Positions 1 to 9,576 of a stretch of 64,000 bases of DNA are shown piece by piece. Positions within the stretch are counted from its first letter, which is position 1, and each line of letters opens with the position of its first letter. A program made the translations under genes and the position numbers. Where the stretch lies: assembly GCA_041483895.1 (NCBI GenBank), contig JBGPGO010000014.1:1-64000 (forward strand), in the 5' to 3' direction. The notes beneath the pieces are model-generated. The model had not been told where the DNA came from, did not search any database, and saw only the letters and a list, made by a program, of their open reading frames with translations. Source of the DNA: Fimbriimonadia bacterium. GTDB lineage: Bacteria; Armatimonadota; Fimbriimonadia; Fimbriimonadales; JABRVX01.

Positions 1-133
1 AGGGTGACTAATCTACAGAGCAGCCTCCAAAAGGGGCTTAGCCGCGGGACAGACTCTCCCCCCGCCTTGCCTTACTGAGCCAATCCAGACCCATGTATTT
101 TTCTTTACTGGATCTGATACCCCATAAGATACA

Positions 134-371
134 AGCCGCGGTTCCTCATGCCGAGCACCGTGCGAACATTGACCCCAAGAACCGCGAACGAGGGTCGGAA
201 TTGCCGATACCCTTCGATCGTGGCAACTCCGGCGGGATCACGCGGTTCTTGGGGTCGGCATTAGATCACGGGTCTGAACGAGGAACCGCGGCTACCGTTG
301 GAGGGATCACGCGGTTCTTGGGGTCGGCATTCGGTCACGGGTCAGAACGAGGAACCGCGACTACCGTAGAG
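134..371. repeat. REP/BIME-like cluster: two direct ~69-bp units (234-302, 303-371) plus one inverted degenerate copy (134-187)
   Basis: GGGATCACGCGGTTCTTGGGGTCGGCATT...GAACGAGGAACCGCG(G/A)CTACCGT occurs twice; each unit has internal CGCGGTTC/GAACCGCG arms; reverse strand starts GTAG. Confidence 0.75.
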
Positions 372-385
372 AACAACCTATTGAT

Positions 386-547
386 ATGAAGAAAGAGATA
401 TCGGCACAGGCGGCGTGGATCGTGATTGCGGTGGTCATCGTGGTTGTGGCCGCCGCCGCGTATCTGTTCTTCCGCGAACCAGCGCGTCCCGGCCCGAACG
501 ACCATCCGCATCCCCCCGCCCCACCGATGCCGGGCGTGGCGAGGTGA
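386..547 (+). CDS. small single-TM membrane protein (53 aa), Pro-rich tail; resembles partners of the prepilin array
   Basis: Manual translation MKKEISAQAAWIVIAVVIVVVAAAAYLFFREPARPGPNDHPHPPAPPMPGVAR*; stop overlaps the next GTG (GTGA). Confidence 0.7.
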   Translation: MKKEISAQAAWIVIAVVIVVVAAAAYLFFREPARPGPNDHPHPPAPPMPGVAR

Positions 548-1092
548 ATCCGTTGAAACAGATATCTATCTGTTTGATGGCCGCGATTGTCAGTTTGGCG
601 GGCTGCTCCAAGCCGAAACCGATTCCGGCACGTCCAGCCCTGCCTGTGGGCTGGATCGATTACGCACCGGCGGGCTACGGCTTTGCCGTCTATCTTCCGA
701 AGAGCCCGACCACGTTTCCTATGCCGCAAAACTCCGCGTTGAAGGAGTCCAAGATGTGGGGTACGCCGGATCCACCGCTCAGCTTTCTCGTTGGTTTCAT
801 TCGTGTCGCGACGGAAGCGAGCGGCAGCGACCGTGAGAGGCTGCTGAAGTTTTCCAACAGCACCGCCAAGGGGTTTGCGAAACCGGGGGTATCCATCGGG
901 GCTATCAGCGACGTGGATGTCCGGGGGCTGCCGGGCCGTCGGACGGAGTTCGAAATTCAGGATGGTCGTTCCGTGGTTGCGTATTACACCATTAAGGGTG
1001 ACAGATATTATTCGGTAATGGTGATAGGCCCGCCGGACCAGATGAGGCAAGGGAAGGCAAAAGCATTCCTCGATTCGTTTGAGATTCGCTAG
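544..1092 (+). CDS. hypothetical lipoprotein (possibly PsbP/DcrB-like fold)
   Basis: GTG start coupled to upstream stop; signal peptide ending in lipobox SLAG-C. Confidence 0.7.
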   Translation: MNPLKQISICLMAAIVSLAGCSKPKPIPARPALPVGWIDYAPAGYGFAVYLPKSPTTFPMPQNSALKESKMWGTPDPPLSFLVGFIRVATEASGSDRERLLKFSNSTAKGFAKPGVSIGAISDVDVRGLPGRRTEFEIQDGRSVVAYYTIKGDRYYSVMVIGPPDQMRQGKAKAFLDSFEIR

Positions 1093-1144
1093 GGTGGCCT
1101 CTGACAGGAGTGCCTTGAGTTCGCATGGAACCTTCACCGTGCTG

Positions 1145-3130
1145 ATGAAACTCAACCCCATCCCGTTCAACCAAGTCACCATAGACGACCCGTTCTGGTC
1201 CCCGAAGATTGAGGTCAATCGGACGGCCACCATCGCCGCGCAGCACAAGTACCTTCAGGACACCGGTCGCATCAACAACTTCCTCAAGGCCGGGGGGAAG
1301 ATGGATGGCGCATTTGAGGGCTTGAGATTTAATGACTCGGACGTGTACAAGTGGCTGGAAGCGGCCAGCTACGTGCTGGCGGCGACCCCGGATACGGAGT
1401 TGGAGCGGGAGGTGGTCCAAGTCATTGAGGCGGTGCGGGTGGCGCAGCAGGCGGACGGCTACATCAACACCTGCTACACGCTTAAAGAACCGCAGGCCAA
1501 GTGGAAGAACCTCGGGATGAATCACGAGATGTACTGCGCCGGGCACCTGTTCGAGGCCGCCGCCGCGCACTACCAGGCCACCGGCAAAACCAGCCTTCTC
1601 GATATCGCCAAGCGGTTTGCCGACCACATTGATTCGATTTTTGGCCCCGGAAAGCGGCTCGGCTATTGCGGGCATGAGGAGATCGAGCTGGCCCTCGTGA
1701 AGCTGGCGGACGTCACCGGGGACCCAAAATACCGGGCGCTCGCAAAGTTTTTCGTGGACGCGCGTGGTTCCCGGCCCTCGCCGTTCGAGCTGGAGATGCA
1801 CCAGGACTACAAACCCACCAACCTAGTCGACAACGAACGGATGCTGATGAAGGGCGATGCGTACGGCGGCGAATATGTGCAGGACCACCTGCCCGTACGG
1901 GAGCAGTCGGAGGTGGTCGGCCATGCGGTTCGGGCCATGTATCTGTTTTCCGCAGTTGCCGATCTCGCGCGGGACGACGAAACGCTCATCCGGGCGCTGG
2001 ATAACCTTTGGGAGAACCTGACCCTGAAGCGCATGTACGTCACCGGCGGCATTGGACCCTCGGCCAGCAATGAGGGCTTCACCAAAGACTATGATCTGCC
2101 CAACGACACCGCCTACGCCGAGACCTGCGCGGCCATCGGTCTGGTGTTCTGGTCCCATCGCATGGCGATGCTGCATGGCGACGCGAAGTACGCGGACGTG
2201 ATGGAGCAGGCCCTTTACAATGGGGTGATTTCCGGCGTCTCACAGGACGGGCAGCGGTTTTTCTACGTCAATCCGTTGGACAGCGATGGCTCGCACCATC
2301 GGCAGGGCTGGTTCCTCTGCGCCTGCTGCCCGCCGAACATCGCCCGCCTCTTGGCCTCCCTGGGTGGATACGTTTATGCGCGCGGCGGTTCCGATTCCGG
2401 CTCCGATGGAACGGAGCCCTCCAGAGCGGAGCCCTTCAGAGCGGAGCCCTCCAGAGCGGAGCCCTCCAGAGCGGAGCCCTCCGTTTTCGTGAATTTGTAC
2501 ATCAGCGGGACGTGCCGCACAAAGGTCGGGCAAAAAGAGATATGGATCACCCAAAAAACCGACTATCCGTGGAGCGGGGAGGTGGAGCTGCTCGTTCATC
2601 CGGAGACGGCGGCGGATTTCGCGCTCTGCCTGCGTTTTCCCGGTTGGTGCGGGATGGCGGAGCTGTTCGTCAATGATGAGCGGACGACTCCCCAACAGGA
2701 GAACGGATATTTCATTCTGCGCCGCACTTGGCAGCCCGGCGACAAGGTGAAGCTGCAGATGCAAATGGAGCCGCGCCTGGTGGCCGCCCATCCGTCGGTC
2801 AAGGCGGACGTTGGCCGGATTGCCGTCTGCCGGGGCCCGCTCGTCTATTGCCTGGAACAGATGGACCAGAAGGCTCCCCTGCCCTACGTGTCCCTTCCCG
2901 TCGGGTCGGAAATGGTCGCCGGGACGATGCCTAATGTGCTCGGCGGCATCGTCGTCATCCGTGCCGAGGGCCAAGCCATTCCCCAGGACGAATGGAAGGA
3001 TTGCCTATACCGGCCGGGCCCCTTGAAAACAAAGCCTACACAGCTTAACTTCATCTCTTACTACATTTGGGACAATCGCGAACCGGGCGCTATGGCGGTG
3101 TGGATACCGGTTGCCGCGTCACAGGGATAG
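1145..3130 (+). CDS. glycoside hydrolase family 127 (beta-L-arabinofuranosidase-like)
   Basis: F.DSDVYKWLEA, HEMYCAGHL, GHAVRAMY, NEGFT, YAETCAAIG and CACCPPN motifs. Confidence 0.93.
   Translation: MKLNPIPFNQVTIDDPFWSPKIEVNRTATIAAQHKYLQDTGRINNFLKAGGKMDGAFEGLRFNDSDVYKWLEAASYVLAATPDTELEREVVQVIEAVRVAQQADGYINTCYTLKEPQAKWKNLGMNHEMYCAGHLFEAAAAHYQATGKTSLLDIAKRFADHIDSIFGPGKRLGYCGHEEIELALVKLADVTGDPKYRALAKFFVDARGSRPSPFELEMHQDYKPTNLVDNERMLMKGDAYGGEYVQDHLPVREQSEVVGHAVRAMYLFSAVADLARDDETLIRALDNLWENLTLKRMYVTGGIGPSASNEGFTKDYDLPNDTAYAETCAAIGLVFWSHRMAMLHGDAKYADVMEQALYNGVISGVSQDGQRFFYVNPLDSDGSHHRQGWFLCACCPPNIARLLASLGGYVYARGGSDSGSDGTEPSRAEPFRAEPSRAEPSRAEPSVFVNLYISGTCRTKVGQKEIWITQKTDYPWSGEVELLVHPETAADFALCLRFPGWCGMAELFVNDERTTPQQENGYFILRRTWQPGDKVKLQMQMEPRLVAAHPSVKADVGRIAVCRGPLVYCLEQMDQKAPLPYVSLPVGSEMVAGTMPNVLGGIVVIRAEGQAIPQDEWKDCLYRPGPLKTKPTQLNFISYYIWDNREPGAMAVWIPVAASQG
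2412..2482 (+). repeat. 15-bp tandem repeat (~4.7 copies) inside GH127, encoding (EPSRA)n
   Basis: CGGAGCCCTCCAGAG repeated, one copy with C>T. Confidence 0.95.
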
Positions 3131-4013
3131 AACGGGAAATTCGGACAAGGGCCACTCCGGCCAGAACAATGACGCCGGAAAAAATCTGTATGGTAGTCAA
3201 TCGTTCGTCCAAGAGGAAGAACGACGCGAAGCCGGTGGCGATGGGCACCAGATAGCTGACGAGCACGGTCCTCGCGACGCCCTGCCTGGCGATGGCCCAG
3301 TTCCAGAGTAGGTAGGCCACGTAGACTGGAAATAGTGTCGCGAACCCCACCCCTGCCCAACCGGTGGGCGTCACCGAGAGCCAGTTTTGCTGAACCAGGT
3401 TGGATATCCCGAAAGGCAGCATGGTTATCAGCCCGATGGGAATGCCGAAAGCCATCAGCCGAAGCGGTGAGATCGAACGCATGAGGCCCTTGTTCAGAAT
3501 GCCGTAGAGCGCAAAACTTGCCGCGGAGCAGAGCGCCATCAGCTCGCCCACCCCGAAACCGAGTGCCCCGTGGTTGCCGGGACCAAAGGCCACGTATGCC
3601 GTCACGCCGCCCAAGGCCACCAAAATTCCGGCCCATTGAACTCCCGTGAGGATTTCCACTTTGCCAATGGTGAGGAAAAGCGCGCTGAAAACCGGCAGGG
3701 TCGCCAACAGCAGGGCGGTCGAAGACGCGGTGCCGACCGCTAGCGCGTGAATGAAGCAGATCTGGTATAGGCCATGTCCAAGGACGTTTGAACCTACGAG
3801 TAACCAACCAACTTTTTTCGGGAATCGCAGGTCCCGTTCAACGAACCACAGAACGCCAAGAGCGATGGGGGTCATCAGAATGAACCTGGCGATGTTCAAC
3901 GCCATTGGATCGATCTGCAAAAATGTTTTCTTGAACACAATAAAACTGGCTACCCACAGGATGAGGATGGCCAGCAGCGCCAAATCCGCCAGCGGATCAC
4001 GATCTTGCTTCAA
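3090..4013 (-). CDS. DMT/EamA family transporter
   Basis: ~10 hydrophobic helices in two EamA-like halves; LLDERLT..Q..G...L.GV end motif. Confidence 0.88.
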   Translation of the reverse strand: MKQDRDPLADLALLAILILWVASFIVFKKTFLQIDPMALNIARFILMTPIALGVLWFVERDLRFPKKVGWLLVGSNVLGHGLYQICFIHALAVGTASSTALLLATLPVFSALFLTIGKVEILTGVQWAGILVALGGVTAYVAFGPGNHGALGFGVGELMALCSAASFALYGILNKGLMRSISPLRLMAFGIPIGLITMLPFGISNLVQQNWLSVTPTGWAGVGFATLFPVYVAYLLWNWAIARQGVARTVLVSYLVPIATGFASFFLLDERLTTIQIFSGVIVLAGVALVRISRSIPVTRQPVSTPP

Positions 4014-4120
4014 CGGCGGGATTGTGGCCCAAAACGATTCCCTAGTACTATAATATGGTGAACCGAACGGGCATCGATCCCGTTAATAGGACTAGTCTGA
4101 CCGCACAAAGGAGTGTTGCA

Positions 4121-4411
4121 TTGAAGAAGCTTCTACTTTCCGCAGCAGTGACCCTGATCTCGGTCGGCGCCTTTGCCGACTGTCATACGTACTTCTCGAG
4201 CGTGGGGGCCGCCGATTGGAGTGTTCTCCATATGACGGCGAATTTCCGAGACATGCATGCTTGCATGATGCACGGCCACTGTATGCAAGCGTCATGCGGA
4301 TGTTGTGACATGGACTCCATGCACTTCGGCATGAAAAACCGTGGCGATTGTAAGGATATGGAAGCCATGGGCAAAATGGACAACATGAAGATGGACAAGA
4401 AGGGTAAGTAA
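4121..4411 (+). CDS. small secreted Met/His/Cys-rich protein, putative metal binder
   Basis: TTG start after AAAGGAG; signal peptide ...VGAFA; MHACMMHGHCMQASCGCCDMDSMH segment. Confidence 0.65.
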   Translation: MKKLLLSAAVTLISVGAFADCHTYFSSVGAADWSVLHMTANFRDMHACMMHGHCMQASCGCCDMDSMHFGMKNRGDCKDMEAMGKMDNMKMDKKGK

Positions 4412-4429
4412 AGACCCTTCTTTCTGCTT

Positions 4430-4456
4430 AAAGGGGCCGCGTCGGCGGCCCCTTTT
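4430..4456 (+). terminator. intrinsic terminator
   Basis: AAAGGGGCCGC-gtcg-GCGGCCCCTTTT hairpin with T tail. Confidence 0.8.
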
Positions 4457-4481
4457 GCTATTCCGAGTAAACTAGCGACGT

Positions 4482-6368
4482 ATGGTAGACCTGGCTGTTT
4501 CGGCTCCTAAGCCCTGGTATCGAGAGCCGTATGTACTCCTCACTACGTTCTCGGCTCTGTTTCTCGTTTTGGCTTGGTTGGCGGGCCACAACAATCTCGG
4601 TACCGCCTTGGCCATCACTTCCACCCTAGCCGGTGCTTTTTACGCCGTTCAGTCCGCTGCCGAATCGATCCGTGCCCGCCAGGTGGATGTAAACATCCTG
4701 ATGATCTTGGCTGCCATTGGAGCTGCGGCAATCCATGAATTTCTCGACGGCGCCGTTCTCATCTTCCTGTTCTCACTCAGCAACACATTGGAGCGATTCA
4801 CGATGGCGAGGACCCAACAGGCGATTCGGGCCCTGCTAAAGCTGCGTCCATCGATTGCCTGGGTGCGAACTCCGGAGGGCGATATCGAACGGCCGGTTTC
4901 GGAGCTAACCGTCAGTGATGTGATCGTCGTCAAGCCCGGCGAGCTGGTGCCGGTGGATGCGGAGGTTATCGAGGGACGAGGCAGCGTGGACGAGGCAGCG
5001 ATGACGGGAGAGGCGATGCCAGTGGATAAGTCGCCGGGAGAGAGTCTGATCGGCGGCACCATGAATATTGACAATGTTCTCGTTGCCAAGGTAACTCGGC
5101 CCGCCTCCGAGTCCGCGCTTGCCAAGGTTATTCGATTGGTCCAAGAAGCTCAAGAGGCGAAGACCGGAGATGAGCGGGTATCCACCTGGATCGGCCGGTG
5201 GTACACGTTGATTGTGCTTGTCGGTTTCGGTGTTTATCTGGCGATCGAACTGACGAGGCCGGGCGTCCAATTCCATCCCGCTTTCTATCGCGCGGTTACC
5301 CTGTTGGTGGCCGCTTCCCCGTGCGCGTTGGTGCTGTCCACGCCTTCCGCGGTACTCAGCGCTCTCGCCAACTGCGCGCGTCGGGGAATCTTGGTGCGGG
5401 GCGGCAAGTTCCTGGAGATCGCGGCAAAAGTCAAGGTCGTCGCGATGGACAAAACCGGTACGCTGACGCGCGGGCGGTTCGACGTTGTGGACATCATCGT
5501 CCATCCCGAAAACGGGGAGGCGGCACGGGACGACCTTTTGCGGAAAGTCGCATCTGTGGAGGGCATGGTTCGTCATCCGCTCTCTTCCGCCATGGTTTCC
5601 GCGGCTGCATCCCGGGGTCTGCAATTGCCAATTGCCTGCGACATGCGGAATATCCCCGGCAGAGGTGTGGAAGGCACTGTAAACGGTGACCTCGTGCGCG
5701 CCGGGCGGGAGGCCCTGTTCAACGGACAATTACCGAAGGAGATCGTAGAAAGAATCCACCAGTTCCAAGGGGAGGGCAAAACGGTCGTGGCAGTCATGCT
5801 CGGCGGCCGCTCTGGGGTGATTGCGCTCAAAGATACGATCCGGCCGTCCACTGTCGAATCGATCCGCGCCATTCGGGCAATGGGTGTCGAGCACGTGGTG
5901 ATGCTGACCGGCGATCATGCGGAGACCGCCACAGTCATCGCGTCCGAATCCGGCATCGATGAGTTCCACGCGGGGCTTATGCCGGGCGACAAGTCGGAGG
6001 TCATCAATCGGCTCCGGCTGCAGTATGGTCCGGTGGCGATGGTCGGGGACGGAATCAACGATGCTCCGTCATTGGCGAGCGCGGACCTGGGGATTGCGAT
6101 GGGTGGCATAGGATCGGACGTAGCATTAGAAACCGCGGATGTCGTCTTGATGAACGATCGATTTGAGCTGATCCCGGACCTGTTTCGGCTCTCTCGCCGC
6201 GCGATGCGGGTGGTGAGGCAAAACCTCACCATCTCGATGCTTTCGTTGGTTACTCTCATCACATTGGCATTGACCGTCGGCATCGCGCTTCCCTACGCGG
6301 TGGTCGGGCACGAGATGACAACGGTGCTGGTTATGTTGAACGGGGTGCGGCTGCTCGCCGTCAAATAG
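4482..6368 (+). CDS. heavy-metal translocating P1B-type ATPase (P1B-4-like, Co/Zn/Cd)
   Basis: TGE, SPC, DKTGTLT, HP, GDGINDAP; HE.TT in last TM; no N-terminal CxxC domain. Confidence 0.93.
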   Translation: MVDLAVSAPKPWYREPYVLLTTFSALFLVLAWLAGHNNLGTALAITSTLAGAFYAVQSAAESIRARQVDVNILMILAAIGAAAIHEFLDGAVLIFLFSLSNTLERFTMARTQQAIRALLKLRPSIAWVRTPEGDIERPVSELTVSDVIVVKPGELVPVDAEVIEGRGSVDEAAMTGEAMPVDKSPGESLIGGTMNIDNVLVAKVTRPASESALAKVIRLVQEAQEAKTGDERVSTWIGRWYTLIVLVGFGVYLAIELTRPGVQFHPAFYRAVTLLVAASPCALVLSTPSAVLSALANCARRGILVRGGKFLEIAAKVKVVAMDKTGTLTRGRFDVVDIIVHPENGEAARDDLLRKVASVEGMVRHPLSSAMVSAAASRGLQLPIACDMRNIPGRGVEGTVNGDLVRAGREALFNGQLPKEIVERIHQFQGEGKTVVAVMLGGRSGVIALKDTIRPSTVESIRAIRAMGVEHVVMLTGDHAETATVIASESGIDEFHAGLMPGDKSEVINRLRLQYGPVAMVGDGINDAPSLASADLGIAMGGIGSDVALETADVVLMNDRFELIPDLFRLSRRAMRVVRQNLTISMLSLVTLITLALTVGIALPYAVVGHEMTTVLVMLNGVRLLAVK

Positions 6369-6371
6369 GGT

Positions 6372-6983
6372 TTATGATTTTGGCAGCAGCCCTGCCACGG
6401 GGATGCGGGCGTCGGGCGCGGCGAGGGGGCTGATCGTGTCCGAAGCGCCCAGTTCCACCACGTCGGCATAACCATAGCCGAACGGCTCGGTCGCTGCTTT
6501 GACCGCGCTTCTATAAACTTCCAGCCGATTCGAGACAAGATTTACGATCCAGTATTCCGGAATCCCAGCGGTTGCATAGAGGGAGGTCTTGCCGCGCTTA
6601 TCCAACAGCAACGAGCTGTCTGAAACCTCAACGATTAGGTCGGCGATGTTGGGATGGCCGGCACGGTAGTCATCACGAGAACCTCGAACGACGGCAACAT
6701 CCGGCTCGGGCGCTGATTCCCCAGGAAGATTGATTGGCGCCTGCGTTCGAATCTCGTAATCGCTGCCGAAAACCGATTGCAAAGCCTCCTGCACGTCGCG
6801 AATCGCACTGTAATGGCGAGAAGATTGCGGACTCATACGGATAATTTCCCCCCCTATCAACTGGACCTTTTCATCTGGCCTTAGAAAGCCGGCTTCGGCC
6901 AATCGGTAATACTCTTCACGAGTCCATTTCCGCCGCATCCCCTGCAACGGATCGATTTCTGGTTGTGGTTCTTTGATTGCCAT
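6372..6983 (-). CDS. Uma2 family (DUF820) putative endonuclease
   Basis: WT.EEYY, LI.GEI..MSP, PEPDVAVV, IVEVSDSSL..D...K..LYA..GIPEYWIVNL. Confidence 0.9.
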   Translation of the reverse strand: MAIKEPQPEIDPLQGMRRKWTREEYYRLAEAGFLRPDEKVQLIGGEIIRMSPQSSRHYSAIRDVQEALQSVFGSDYEIRTQAPINLPGESAPEPDVAVVRGSRDDYRAGHPNIADLIVEVSDSSLLLDKRGKTSLYATAGIPEYWIVNLVSNRLEVYRSAVKAATEPFGYGYADVVELGASDTISPLAAPDARIPVAGLLPKS

Positions 6984-7033
6984 TCTTGACTCCTCGCATC
7001 ATTATACGACGATTCGCGGGGTATCTTCGCGGC

Positions 7034-7867
7034 ATGAGCATCGCTTTTCTCTTCCCCGGGCAGGGATCGCAGAAGTCCGGGATGGGCGCAGGTCTGGAAG
7101 GCGTTGGCAACGCGTTCGCCACCATATCGGAAGCGATTGGGCGCGACGTGGCCGCAATCTGCAATTTGCAGGACGAGGAATTGAGACGCACGCAAAACGC
7201 ACAGGTCGCCCTCTATGCCTGTGGGGTCGCCGCCGCGAAGTCGCTTGGACTTGAACCGGCATTCGCAGCCGGGCACAGCGTCGGGGAATATGCGGCGCTC
7301 GCCGTCGCAGGGGTGGTTTCGGTGGCGGACGGAGCCCGATTGGTCGCACGGCGCGGGGAGCTGATGGCAGGCGCAGGCGGAGGAACGATGGCCGCCGTCC
7401 TTGGCCTAGACGACGCCACCATTGAGAAAATATGCGCCGAAACGCCGGGGACGGTCGTAGTCGCGAATTACAACTGTCCGGGACAGGCGGTTATTTCCGG
7501 CGATACCGCCGCAGTGGAAGAGGCATGTCAGGCCTGCCTGGATGCGGGCGCAAGGCTGGCGAACATGCTCAATGTCTCGGGAGCGTTTCATTCTCCTCTC
7601 GTCCAATCGGCGGGCGAGGGGCTGCGCGCGATGCTCGCCGAGACGCCGTTTAATGCGAGCGCGATTCGGTTGCCGTCAAATGTCACCGGCGCCTTCGTCG
7701 ATGATCCGTCGGATTGGCCGGAACTGCTGGCCCGCCAGGCCTATTCTCCGGTGCGGTGGACAAGCTGCGTTCGAGCGATGCTCGATGAAGGCGCGACGGA
7801 GTTTCATGAGTGTGGTCCGGGCAATGTGTTGATGGGGTTGATGAAGCGAATCGCCCCCGAATCGTAG
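7034..7867 (+). CDS. fabD: malonyl-CoA-ACP transacylase
   Basis: FLFPGQGSQ, GHSVGEY, N.N.PGQ.VISG, VSGAFHS. Confidence 0.93.
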   Translation: MSIAFLFPGQGSQKSGMGAGLEGVGNAFATISEAIGRDVAAICNLQDEELRRTQNAQVALYACGVAAAKSLGLEPAFAAGHSVGEYAALAVAGVVSVADGARLVARRGELMAGAGGGTMAAVLGLDDATIEKICAETPGTVVVANYNCPGQAVISGDTAAVEEACQACLDAGARLANMLNVSGAFHSPLVQSAGEGLRAMLAETPFNASAIRLPSNVTGAFVDDPSDWPELLARQAYSPVRWTSCVRAMLDEGATEFHECGPGNVLMGLMKRIAPES

Positions 7868-8077
7868 GCGCGGGCCATCATGGAGATATCTCTCCGTTTA
7901 TCAACCCCAAAGGCCCGCGTTGCACCACGGCGGATGTGGAGAGGCGGTTGGATATCGGAAATTCCGCCCCTCCCACGCGGGTCTTGGTGGTCGGAAATTC
8001 GAAATGATATCGGCAAGACGACCCGCGTCTACGCGAGGCGAATTGAAGGGATATCGGCAAGACGATCCGCGTCTACG
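7864..8077. repeat. REP-like cluster between convergent genes
   Basis: GATATCGGCAAGACGA(C/T)CCGCGTCTACG at 8006-8033 and 8050-8077; degenerate inverted copy GTAGGCGCGGGCC...GATATC at 7864-7890. Confidence 0.65.
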
Positions 8078-9458
8078 GTCGGTGGTGTTGCAGCAGCCAA
8101 TCGAAGATCATGGGCAGCTTCGAACCAACAATAAGCATGTGGCCGTATCCGGACGCCAACCGGTACTCGATTGGTAGGCCGGCAATCTTCGCACGATTTG
8201 CGGCCGCCTCCAATACTCGGCAATCGACGATGCCATCCTGGTCGCCCGCGACTACAAGCGTCGGAGCGAGCTTGGTGGAGGTCGCGAAACCCCCGCCGCC
8301 GGATATGCAGCAGACCGCCGTAATCCTGTACGCATGCGTCCGAGCCAATACCCCGGCCACGCCCCCGCCCGCCGAATGCCCGATGACGTAGATCCGCGAC
8401 CGATCCACAGGATAATCGCCCGCGAGCAACGCGACAATCTTGTCGAACAGTTCGGGATTGCGGATAATTGAATTCAGCGCCAATGAGGCCACCAGCGCCC
8501 CGCGCTTGTCCGCCAACTTCTTGATAATGCCGTTGCCATATCCATTGAAAAATACGTTCTCGTCACCGCCCGTGCCGGGGATGGCGATGATGAGCGGCAT
8601 AGGCTTCGTCTTCCCGACCTGTTTCGGGGCGTAAACGCGAATTGGGACTTCGACATCCTTGTCCATCACGATGCGCCAGGTATCGCCCGAGTGATTTTGA
8701 AACGGGTTCTTGCCCTCCCTCAGCGCTGCGATCTCCTTTTCAATGCTCCCGGCTAGATCGATGGGATTGGCGACTAGCTCGGCGTTCGTGGACGGGGTGT
8801 CCGTCAGGAGCCGGTTTCTGGCGAGCACGGCGGCGATATCACCCTTTGATGATGGTGTGGGTTTCAGGGACTTGAGCGCCACCTCATTGGCTTTGCCCGT
8901 TTCGCTTGGTGACTTCGCGACAAGATGCCAGATCGCGAGCGTGAGCCTCTTGTCCTGGGCCCATTCCGCCTGGAGCTCATATCGTCCTGGTTGCGCGGTT
9001 TTCGGCAGATAGAGGTCAAACCACTCGTCGCCGTCATGCTTTAGTGCCAACTTGTGCTCCGCGATGGGGTCCTTGCCATTGCGAAGAATGATCTGGACGG
9101 GCAGATCAGCGCCCGCAACCGAGTAAAGGCTCTGCAGATGCACATTTACAAATGCCGCCTGCTTTTGCACGCTGATCGATGGCTCGAGGGTTGCTCGGTA
9201 GGTTAACAGCGCCGGCGGGATCGCCGGGTCCAGGATCACAGTCTGCTTGTCCAAGGTCTCGACGGCTTCCAGGTAGCTGGCGGTGAAGGAGGCGATGACG
9301 GCCCGATCTACCGCCTTATTGATCTCGATCAGCTTTTGGCCGTCAGGCGGATGCTGTTCGAACGCCAATTCGAGCCGGTGATAGGCACGGGCGAAGTCGA
9401 GGCGGGTTGCGCTCGGATTCCCCGTTTGCAACAGAATCAGAAGGATGAGCCAGTTCAC
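8073..9458 (-). CDS. secreted alpha/beta hydrolase (esterase/peptidase-like)
   Basis: GHSAGG nucleophile elbow, GDQD acid, GH near C-terminus; hydrophobic N-terminus. Confidence 0.8.
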   Translation of the reverse strand: MNWLILLILLQTGNPSATRLDFARAYHRLELAFEQHPPDGQKLIEINKAVDRAVIASFTASYLEAVETLDKQTVILDPAIPPALLTYRATLEPSISVQKQAAFVNVHLQSLYSVAGADLPVQIILRNGKDPIAEHKLALKHDGDEWFDLYLPKTAQPGRYELQAEWAQDKRLTLAIWHLVAKSPSETGKANEVALKSLKPTPSSKGDIAAVLARNRLLTDTPSTNAELVANPIDLAGSIEKEIAALREGKNPFQNHSGDTWRIVMDKDVEVPIRVYAPKQVGKTKPMPLIIAIPGTGGDENVFFNGYGNGIIKKLADKRGALVASLALNSIIRNPELFDKIVALLAGDYPVDRSRIYVIGHSAGGGVAGVLARTHAYRITAVCCISGGGGFATSTKLAPTLVVAGDQDGIVDCRVLEAAANRAKIAGLPIEYRLASGYGHMLIVGSKLPMIFDWLLQHHRP

Positions 9459-9576
9459 TTTGCCAGCATACCGGGATAGGCAGGACAAAAGTCCCCGTCA
9501 ATGGCCTGGTTGCAACGGATTGCCAACGTGGAAGGGTAACCGGGCTGGTAGAGGATTATTCAGGAGGGCTCACGTT

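Noticed and set aside
234..371. Possible CRISPR array
   Set aside because: Only two near-identical 69-bp units, no unique spacers and no cas genes; better explained as REP-like repeats
93..389. 98-aa ORF with an internal repeat
   Set aside because: Simply translates the REP-like repeat cluster
6372..6983. Uma2 nuclease as a defence system
   Set aside because: Solitary gene with no methylase or other defence neighbours; this family is commonly scattered
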